Shown: positions 1 to 8,100 of the stretch, in pieces | Position numbering within the stretch: the first letter of the stretch is position 1 | Layout: each line of letters opens with the position of its first letter | Assembly (NCBI GenBank): GCA_035299165.1 | Contig: DATGXF010001204.1 | Coordinates: 1-32,038 of the forward strand | Length of the DNA stretch: 32,038 bases | Direction of reading: 5' to 3' | Origin: Candidatus Deferrimicrobium sp. | GTDB taxonomy: Bacteria; Acidobacteriota; Aminicenantia; UBA2199 | Notes under the pieces: generated by a model | What the model was told of the DNA's origin: nothing | The model's database searches: none | Seen by the model: the letters and a program-made list of their open reading frames with translations, nothing else | Made by a program: the position numbers and the translations under genes

Positions 1-3000
1 TATTTACCTATTGACCCGGAGTTTCCACAGGAACGTATCGATTATATGTTGAAAGACAGCGGGGCTAAATTGTTGGCTGTCGCCAACGGTCAAGATAGTG
101 AGAAGTTGGGGAAGTGGGAAGGTGAAAAAATTCTTTTAGAAGATATCTTCAAATCTCCAAAAAGATATTCATACTTTCTTGCTCACTTACCTTCTTATCA
201 TTTAAATTCCTCAAATATCGCCTATATCATCTACACTTCAGGTTCTACGGGAAGGCCCAAAGGTGTTTTGGTAGAGCACCGTTCTGTAGTGAATTTGATT
301 TGTCACCAGGATAAATATTTTAATATAAACCGGTCGGATCGAATATTACAATTTTCCTCTATTTGTTTTGATGCTTCTGTAGAACAAATGTTTATTGCTT
401 TTTCCAGTGGTGCGATTTTGATATTACCCGATAAGAATACTCTGCTGGATTTCAATAAATTTGATAAATTTATAATTCGTCACCGGGTTAGTCATATTCA
501 TGCCGTACCCTCATTTATAAATAATATTCAATTGATTAATTCTTCTCAATTAAAGCGCGTGATTAGCGGTGGTGATGTTTGCCCTGAATCTTTAGCTAAA
601 AAATGGAACATCAGTTTCAATTTTTATAATGAGTATGGACCCACAGAAACGACAGTTACTTCAATTGAAATATTGATAAAAAATGCAAATGCGTTTTTAT
701 TTCGAATACCGATAGGAAAACCAATCAATAATACTGTTGTATATATTCTGGATCAGTGGCTTAATCCTGCACCACTGGGAGTAATTGGCGAATTGTATAT
801 CGGGGGATCCGGAGTCGCTAGAGGATACTTGAATTGTCCGGAATTAACCGCGGAGAAATTTGGAAAGCAGATAACGCAGATAACGCAGATGACGATTATG
901 AAAAACTACAAAACCGGTGATTTGGCACGGTGGATATCCGGTGGCAATATTGAATTCATGGGCAGGATTGATCACCAGGTCAAGATTCGGGGCTATCGCA
1001 TCGAATTGGGAGAAATCGAAAACCGCCTCTTACAAAAACAGGAAATCACGGCTGCCGTGGTAGTGGTAAAAGAAAACAAAAAAACAGAAAAATACCTGTG
1101 TGCTTATATCGTTTCCCATGAAGAAATTCCCCCCACTCAGTTGACCGATCATTTAGCCGCCGCCTTGCCTACCTATATGATACCTGCCTATTTTGTACGT
1201 CTGGAAAAGCTACCTCTTACGGTCCAGGGAAAAATAGACCACAAAACCCTAGAAATGATGCCTGACAGTGAGTCCATCGTCGGAGGCGAATACAGTCCAC
1301 CGGATAGCGATATCGAACACTTACTGGTGAAAATCTGGGAGCAAGTAATGGGACACATGCCTATCGGTGTTAATGACAATTTTTTTACCAGCGGCGGTGA
1401 TTCCATCAAAGCCATACAAATATCGGCACGGATGAACAGGAAAGGATATAAAATAGGAGTAAGAGACATTTTCCAGAATCCCACCATCGCCCGTTTGGCT
1501 CCTTTCATAAAAAAAATAGAGCATATCATAGTCCAAACACCTGTAAGCGGTGCTGTTCCCTTAACCCCAATCCAGGTGGAATTTTTTCAAAACCATAAAA
1601 GCGAACCTCATCATTATAACCAGGCTTTCATGTTTTATTCAAAGGAAAATCTTGATGAGCCAATCATAAAAGCTATATTCTTCAAATTGCAAGAACACCA
1701 TGATGCGTTGCGTATGGTCTATAATTATGAAAAACAAGAAGAAGTCAGCCAGGAGAATCTCGACATCGGCTTAAATCCGGATATCTGGGTATATGATCTA
1801 CGAAAGCGAAAAGATGCAGCAGCAGTGCTAATGAAAGAAGCAAACAAAATCCAGGCCGGCATCAATTTAAAAACCGGGCCATTAATGAAAATAGGACTAT
1901 TTCATTTAGATGATGGGGAGCGATTGTTGATCGTTATTCATCACCTGGTGGTAGACGGCATTTCCTGGCGAATTCTTTTCGAAGATATCGATATATTATA
2001 CCGGCAATGTAAAAAAAGAGAACCGATGATTCTACCGCCCCGAACCGATTCATTTAAAACCTGGGCGGAACGATTAATCCAGTATGCGGGGACCCCATTG
2101 TTTTTAAAAGAAAAAACTTACTGGACCACTTTGGAATCGCAAATAATAACTTCTATACCCAAAGATTTTGCCCAAGAAAACAATTCAAAAAAAGATGAAG
2201 AAAAACTTTCTTTCAACCTGGGAGAAAATGAAACCAATCTTCTGTTAACCCGTGCTCATGAAGCTTTCGGCACAGAAATTAACGATTTGTTGTTGACTGC
2301 CCTGGGTATGGCAATAAAACAAATGTTTGGCGTTGAAAAAATCGCCGTTGCACTTGAAGGACACGGTCGCGAGGAAATTTTCGCTGATGTCGATATAAAA
2401 CGGACAGTCGGTTGGTTCACTATCGTATATCCCATAATACTCGATTTTTCTCACCGCTTTCCGGGGCAAGACTTGGGCCGACAAATAAAGGAAATCAAAG
2501 AACATTTGCATCATGTTCCGAACAAAGGTATCGGTTACGGTATTATAAAATATTTATCAGTTTCTGGTCATAAAAAAGATATTCATTTTACCTTAAAACC
2601 TCAAATTATCTTTAATTACCTGGGGCAATTCGATTCCAATACTCGAGAAATGTCATTCCGCATAGCCGCTGAATCGCCAGGACATATGACCAGCAGCTTC
2701 ACACCCAGGGAATTCGAATTAGATGTAGAGAGTATAATTGCCGAAAAGCGTTTGTTTATGACGATCTTCTACAGCAAAAAACAATATCGAAAAGAAACCA
2801 TTCAAAATTTAATGAATCATTACCGGGAAACTTTAACTCATATTATTACTTATTGCTGCAGCCGGGAAAGGAGTGAATTAACCCCTTCTGATTTTAGTTA
2901 CTCAAGTTTAACTATTGAGCAAGTCGAGCTATTAGAACATAAATATAGCCCCTATTTAATCGAGGATATTTATACCTTATCTCCTCTGCAAGAAGGAATG

Positions 3001-4353
3001 TTGTTCCAATGGATGTATGAACAGAATTCACTTGCCTATTTCCTGCAAACTTCTTATCAGTTGCGTGGTGAATTCGACATAACGCTGCTGAGAGAAAGTT
3101 TCAATCAACTGCTGCAGAGACATCAAGCATTGCGGGCTTTATTCGTACATCAAGGCGTCGAACGTCCTATCCAGGTAATATTAAAAGATAAGGAAATCGA
3201 TTTTCATTATGAAGATATTCACCACTTAAGTGGGATGATTGAAAAAGAGCAATGGCTCGAAGATTACCGGGAAAAAGACCGGCAGCGTTCCTTTGATCTT
3301 ACCCAGGCCGCGCCGATGCGAGTCAGTGTTATCCAATTAGAACGAAATCAATTCGAAATAATCTGGAGCCACCACCATATCCTGATGGATGGATGGTGCC
3401 GGGGAATACTAATAGCAGAGTATCTTGAGATTTTCGCAAGCCTGTTGGAAAAAAGAACTCCCCGTTTACCCCATGTGACCCCTTATCGGGAATATATTCG
3501 CTGGCTGGATAAACAGTCACCAGAACAAGGACGGCAGTATTGGAGTCGGTATTTGCAAGGCAATGAAGAAACCGCATGCATCCCCAAACGATGTACATTA
3601 AAAGAAGATATCCGGGAATACCGCGTAGAGGCTGTTGCATGGAAATCAGGAAAAGAAAAAGAAGCTGGGTTAATGCAATTGGCCGCACGTAACCAGGTCA
3701 CTGTGAGCACAGTAATGCATACCCTATGGGGCATTTTATTGAGCAAATATAACGATAAACAAGATGTGATATTCGGTTCCGTCGTGTCTGGTCGGCCTTC
3801 GGAAATCCAGGGGGTAGAAGCAATGATAGGGTTATTTATTAATACTGTACCATTTCGATTGCGCTTCCATTGCGGCGATAGGTTTGCTGCATTATTAAAA
3901 CAGATGCAAAAACAAACATTGGAAAGTGAAGCCTATCATTATTTACCGCTGACAGAAATCCAGGCCCAGAGCCTCTTAAAACAAAATTTATTCGATCATA
4001 TCCTGGTCTTTGAAAATTACCCGACAGCGTTGAGAATAGAAGGAATTACAGATAAGATAAAACAAGATCAACGGTTTTTGAAACTGAACCTAATGGGAGT
4101 TAAAATCTTCGAACAAACTCATTATAATTTTATTGTCGTCATTTCAAACGAACCTCTGACAATAAAAATTCAATATAATACGGAATTTTATGACAGTGAA
4201 TCGGTAAACAAAATCCTCGGTCATTTAAATTCTATTATAGACCAGGTGTTGGCAGATGAACAAATCGAAATACAAAATATCGCGGTCCAATATGAACTGT
4301 TGGAGGCCGACGTAACTGCCGGCGAGGATGAATATGAAAATTTCGGCTTTTAA
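1..4353 (+). CDS. NRPS subunit 1, 5'-truncated by the window edge; A(partial)-T-E-C(DCL) plus acidic FGF C-terminal tail
   Basis: Frame 1 is open from nt 1. YLPIDPEFPQERIDYML (A2 core motif) precedes the first ATG at 46. Stop TAA 4351-4353. Motifs: YTSGSTGRPKG (A3), FDASVEQ (A4), NEYGPTETT (A5), YKTGD (A7), GRIDHQVKIRGYRIELGEIE (A8), GGDSI (T), HHLVVDGISW and EGHGRE (E), LSPLQEGMLF and HHHILMDGWC (C). Confidence 0.95.
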   Translation, partial: YLPIDPEFPQERIDYMLKDSGAKLLAVANGQDSEKLGKWEGEKILLEDIFKSPKRYSYFLAHLPSYHLNSSNIAYIIYTSGSTGRPKGVLVEHRSVVNLICHQDKYFNINRSDRILQFSSICFDASVEQMFIAFSSGAILILPDKNTLLDFNKFDKFIIRHRVSHIHAVPSFINNIQLINSSQLKRVISGGDVCPESLAKKWNISFNFYNEYGPTETTVTSIEILIKNANAFLFRIPIGKPINNTVVYILDQWLNPAPLGVIGELYIGGSGVARGYLNCPELTAEKFGKQITQITQMTIMKNYKTGDLARWISGGNIEFMGRIDHQVKIRGYRIELGEIENRLLQKQEITAAVVVVKENKKTEKYLCAYIVSHEEIPPTQLTDHLAAALPTYMIPAYFVRLEKLPLTVQGKIDHKTLEMMPDSESIVGGEYSPPDSDIEHLLVKIWEQVMGHMPIGVNDNFFTSGGDSIKAIQISARMNRKGYKIGVRDIFQNPTIARLAPFIKKIEHIIVQTPVSGAVPLTPIQVEFFQNHKSEPHHYNQAFMFYSKENLDEPIIKAIFFKLQEHHDALRMVYNYEKQEEVSQENLDIGLNPDIWVYDLRKRKDAAAVLMKEANKIQAGINLKTGPLMKIGLFHLDDGERLLIVIHHLVVDGISWRILFEDIDILYRQCKKREPMILPPRTDSFKTWAERLIQYAGTPLFLKEKTYWTTLESQIITSIPKDFAQENNSKKDEEKLSFNLGENETNLLLTRAHEAFGTEINDLLLTALGMAIKQMFGVEKIAVALEGHGREEIFADVDIKRTVGWFTIVYPIILDFSHRFPGQDLGRQIKEIKEHLHHVPNKGIGYGIIKYLSVSGHKKDIHFTLKPQIIFNYLGQFDSNTREMSFRIAAESPGHMTSSFTPREFELDVESIIAEKRLFMTIFYSKKQYRKETIQNLMNHYRETLTHIITYCCSRERSELTPSDFSYSSLTIEQVELLEHKYSPYLIEDIYTLSPLQEGMLFQWMYEQNSLAYFLQTSYQLRGEFDITLLRESFNQLLQRHQALRALFVHQGVERPIQVILKDKEIDFHYEDIHHLSGMIEKEQWLEDYREKDRQRSFDLTQAAPMRVSVIQLERNQFEIIWSHHHILMDGWCRGILIAEYLEIFASLLEKRTPRLPHVTPYREYIRWLDKQSPEQGRQYWSRYLQGNEETACIPKRCTLKEDIREYRVEAVAWKSGKEKEAGLMQLAARNQVTVSTVMHTLWGILLSKYNDKQDVIFGSVVSGRPSEIQGVEAMIGLFINTVPFRLRFHCGDRFAALLKQMQKQTLESEAYHYLPLTEIQAQSLLKQNLFDHILVFENYPTALRIEGITDKIKQDQRFLKLNLMGVKIFEQTHYNFIVVISNEPLTIKIQYNTEFYDSESVNKILGHLNSIIDQVLADEQIEIQNIAVQYELLEADVTAGEDEYENFGF
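100..131 (+). repeat. 8-nt-periodic purine array (A2-A3 region of the NRPS-1 A domain)
   Basis: GAGAAGTT|GGGGAAGT|GGGAAGGT|GAAAAAAT. A degenerate pyrimidine-rich counterpart lies at about 174-212. Confidence 0.75.
868..894 (+). repeat. 9-nt tandem repeat x3 in the A6-A7 loop
   Basis: CAGATAACG CAGATAACG CAGATGACG, read as QIT QIT QMT. Confidence 0.9.
1303..1510 (+). other. Thiolation (PCP) domain, E-partner type
   Basis: DNFFTSGGDSIKAIQISARM. Ser codon at 1402-1404. GGDSI is the variant usually found upstream of epimerization domains. Confidence 0.9.
1540..2870 (+). other. Epimerization domain
   Basis: PLTPIQVEFF, HHLVVDGISWRIL (HH codons 1939-1944), ALEGHGREEIF, FNYLGQF. Confidence 0.9.
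2959..4290 (+). other. Condensation domain, DCL type, at the subunit C-terminus
   Basis: IEDIYTLSPLQEGMLFQ, SHHHILMDGWC (3370-3393), GLFINTVPFR. It follows an E domain. No A domain follows in this protein. Confidence 0.9.
4324..4350 (+). other. Acidic FGF-COOH tail (EDEYENFGF*), candidate docking peptide
   Basis: Codons gag gat gaa tat gaa aat ttc ggc ttt then taa. The same tail type ends NRPS-2 and the radical SAM protein. Confidence 0.7.
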
Positions 4354-4363
4354 CTTGTGTTTT

Positions 4364-4369
4364 AAGGAA
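4364..4369 (+). promoter_or_regulatory. Shine-Dalgarno-like site for NRPS-2
   Basis: AAGGAA lies 7 nt upstream of ATG 4377. The intergenic gap is only 23 nt. Confidence 0.6.
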
Positions 4370-4376
4370 TAATATC

Positions 4377-5106
4377 ATGGATAAAGACATTAGCCGCGAA
4401 ACGAAAATTATCAGCAGTCAAAGAATAAAAGAAAAAACATATTGGTTGGAGCAACTTTCCGGCAGCCCTGAGAAAACCGGTTTTCCATATGATCAAAGAA
4501 GCCCAGGTACAAAGGAATATATTGCTGAAACGCTGGAATTCAGCTTTTCTTCGAACCAAGCCGCTGCACTTTTGAAACTTTGCAATAACTCCGATATACG
4601 TTTATTCATTATCCTGGCTGCAGGCTTAACATTATTATTAAAAAAATATACCGGCAGCAGTGATATTATCCTGGCCGCCCCGATTTACAAACAGCAAATA
4701 AAAGGGGATTACATCAACACCATACTCCTATTGAAGAACTCTGTCCCCCCCAGGATAACTTTTAAAGAACTGTTGATTCACACGGCCCGCGTCATTAAAG
4801 AAGCTGATGAAAATAAAAATTACCCTATTGAAATCCTGATGGAACAGTTAAATATTCCTTTCTATGAAAATGAATGTTCATTATTCGATACGGCCTTACT
4901 GTTGGAAAATATCCATGATAGACAATATCTCAGTCCCATCAAACCGGCTGTGATCTTTTCCTTCGCGAGGGTAGGGACAGACGTTGGGGGAATCATCGCA
5001 TATAATTCGCGGTTGTATAAACAGACAACCATCGAAAATATCGCCGCTCATATGAAAAACCTATTTCAACAGTTTTTGAATCACCCGGATATAACGGAAA
5101 ATGACA
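4377..5106 (+). other. N-terminal half condensation domain (C-terminal lobe only, no HHxxxDG)
   Basis: aa 1 to ~243 align to the second half of the in-window LCL domains. Matches: KTYWLEQLSG ~ ETYWVKEFAG; IRLFIILAAGLTLLLKKYTGSSDIILAAPI ~ TVYTVLLSLYYILLAKLASQEDIVIGIPV; YINTILL ~ FVNTLAL; NKNYPIEILMEQL ~ NQDYPIEDLIEKV. A normal C-A linker (LSEVEKRQLLIVFNDT) follows. No His motif lies upstream. Confidence 0.8.
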
Positions 5107-8100
5107 TCGATATATTATCTGAAGTCGAGAAAAGACAATTGCTAATCGTTTTTAACGACACTGCGGCGCAATATCCGGATAAAGGGATTAGTGATTTATT
5201 TGCCGGTCAGGTCGAAAAAACTCCCCATTATACGGCCCTTATATATGAAAATGCGAGCTTGACATACAGGGCATTGGATAGCAGGGCCAACCTCATGGCT
5301 GCATATTTTAAAAGCAAAGGAATTACTGTCGATAACATAGTTGCTGTGCTGCTGGAGCGATCATTAGAGATGATAACCTCTATATTAGCAATATTAAAAT
5401 CCGCTGGGGCTTACATGCCTATCGATCCCGAATATCCCCGGGAAAGAATTGATTATATGCTAAAAGACAGTGGAGCTAAACTGCTGGTTACCGTTGGCAA
5501 TCAAGAAATTGAGAAGCTGAGAAGGTGGGAAGGTGAGAAAAATTTTGAAATTGTTTTTTTTAATTCGTTTTTTTACTCTTCTTTATCAACTTCTGATCTT
5601 CCTAACTTCCTAACTTCCCATACTTTCAATCTCGCCTACGTCATCTATACCTCCGGTACTACAGGGAAACCCAAAGGTTCCCTGATTACTCATAAGAATG
5701 TGGTTCGCCTTTTATTTAACGATAGGTCCCGGTTTGATTTTAATCACCGGGATATATGGGCCATGTTTCACTCCTATTGTTTTGATTTTTCCGTTTGGGA
5801 AATGTATGGCGCGCTGTTTTATGGGGGCAAATTGGTTGTAGTACCCAGGATAGTGACCCGGGATCCTGCGCAATACCTTGAACTTCTTAAAAATAGGGGA
5901 GTTACAATTCTAAATCAAACTCCGACTGCCTTTTATAACCTGATAGAAGAAGAGTTGAAGCATCTTGATCACTCATTGAACTTGAAGTATATAATCTTTG
6001 GCGGAGAGGCCCTGAATCCTTTTCGATTGGCAAAATGGCACAAAAAATACCCGACCACTAAATTGATTAACATGTTCGGTATCACTGAAACCACCGTACA
6101 TGTGACTTATAAAGAAATCAGTGACCGCGAAATTGGGTTAGGTGTTAGTAATATTGGTTCTCCCATCCCAACCCTGAGTACTTATATCATGGATAGTTAT
6201 TTATCTCTCATGCCCATCGGGGCAGTCGGCGAATTATGCGTCGCTGGGGATGGAATCGCCAGGGGATATTTGAATCGACCGGAAATGACCGCGGAAAAAT
6301 TCATTGAAAATCCTTATAAATCTGGCGAAAAAATGTATCGCTCCGGTGATCTGGCCCGGTTATTAAATAATGGTGAAATGGAATATATCGGGCGACTCGA
6401 TCAACAGATCAAAATCAGGGGGTTCCGAGTGGAACTTGGAGAGATCCAAAACCGGCTGCTCCAACATGATAGTGTAAAAGAAGCAATCGTCACAATACGA
6501 GAAGATGAGGATGGAGAAAAATCCCTTTATGCCTATATCGTGTTCCATCAACCTTTTGAAATATCCAAATTGAGAGCTTTCCTGGCTATCACACTGCCCG
6601 ATTATATGATCCCCGGTTATTTCATTCCGCTTGAGCGAATCCCCTTAACCGCCAATGGTAAAGTGGATATTAAAGCCCTGCCCCACGCTGTGGCTAGAGG
6701 TTCGGTTTACCTTTCCCCCCGGAACACAATCGAAGAAACACTGGCCGCTATATGGGTTCATGAATTAAACCTTGAACGGGTCGGTATCGATGAAAATTAT
6801 TTTAATATCGGCGGTGATTCCATAAAAGCTATTCGCTTATTAAACACCGTTAACCAGTCATTTAACACCGATCTGAAAATCGTAGATATATTTACCCATG
6901 AAACCATTGAAAAATTAGCCCAACGCATCACACGGGAGAAGCCGGGACAATCTACAGACAGCCAGAGTCAAGAGGTTAAAAAAGAAATAGAGGTATTGAA
7001 AACCCGGGCAATGGAAAAACTTCCGCTTCTTTTAGCAGAAGATATCGAAGATATTTATCCCATGAGCGATATCGAAAAAGGTATGATATATTATACTTTA
7101 AAAGATCCCGGGGATGGGGCTTATCATGACCAGATAGTTTACCAGGTACCTTACCGTGATTTTAATCCATTAACTTTTACGCGCGCCCTCCAATTAATGA
7201 CGGAAAAGCATCCTATCTTAAGAACTTCTTTTCAGATGGAAAATTATGAAGAACCGCTTCAATTGGTCCATAAATCGGTATGCATAGACATGGAGCACCA
7301 GGACATATCCTCTATGGACCCGGCTCTGCAAGAAGATTTTTTAATAAATTATTTAATAGCAGACAGGAAAAAGGGATTTGTGGTAAGTGAAGCCCCGTTA
7401 TGGAGAATAAGAACTTTTCAGATTGATTCAAAACAAATTTGCATCTTACTGGTAACGCATCATGCAATATTGGACGGCTGGAGTGTAGCCGCTTTTTCCA
7501 CTGAATTAAACAATATTTACCGGCATTTAAAAAATAATCCCCATCTTACCTTACACAAATTGCACAGTACATACAAAGATTTTATCATAGATCAATTGGT
7601 GGAAATGAGAACGAACCGGGTCCAGGATTACTGGAAAGATCAACTGGACGGATATCAGCGGATGGATTTTATCAAGAAAAACCGCGGTGATACTTTCACC
7701 AGTGCGCGTATGTATTCCTTTGAGCCGGAGCAAGGCCTGGCGGTGAAACTGGAAAATTGCGCGTGGCAATACGGTTCCACGGTAAAGCATTTATGCCTGG
7801 CCGCATATATATATATGTTGAATATGTTTTCATATGAAAATGATATCACCGCAGGTATTGTGGTCATGGGGAGACCGGTGTGCGAGGATGGTGACAAAAT
7901 ATTAGGTTGCTTTTTAAATACAATCCCTTTTCGGTTAAAAATACCCGACCATTTTACATGGGCAGACTATATCCGGGAGGTGGAACGAAAACAAACCGAA
8001 CAAGCCAATTACAGTAGGACATCGTTGTTTGAAATATCGCGAATAATTGGAGAAACCCCACAAAGTAACAATCCAATCTTCGATACCATATATAATTTTA

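Larger units (their letters stand above)
1..1250 (+). other. Adenylation domain (partial, from motif A2); substrate unassigned
   Basis: Motifs A2-A10 are present (LPLTVQGKIDHKTL = A10). Hand-extracted code is DAEHIGEVTK, with two acidic pocket residues. The nearest textbook code I recall is Asn DATKVGEVGK (about 6/10), so no call is made. Confidence 0.85.
5180..6690 (+). other. A domain, module 1, predicted Thr
   Basis: YTSGTTGKPKG (5646-5678), CFDFSVWEMYGAL, NQTPTAF, IFGGEAL, NMFGITETTVHVTY, YRSGD, KIRGFRVELGEIQ, ANGKVDIKAL. The hand-extracted code DFWNIGMVHK equals the classical Thr code. Confidence 0.85.

Noticed and set aside
46-48. ATG at 46 as the start of the first CDS (as in the ORF track)
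   Set aside because: Frame 1 is open from nt 1 and already encodes the A2 core motif YLPIDPEFPQERIDY. The gene clearly begins upstream of the window.
5511-5621. Short periodic arrays as a CRISPR array or other spacer-repeat locus
   Set aside because: The units are only 7-9 nt, directly tandem without spacers, and translated in frame as part of A domains.
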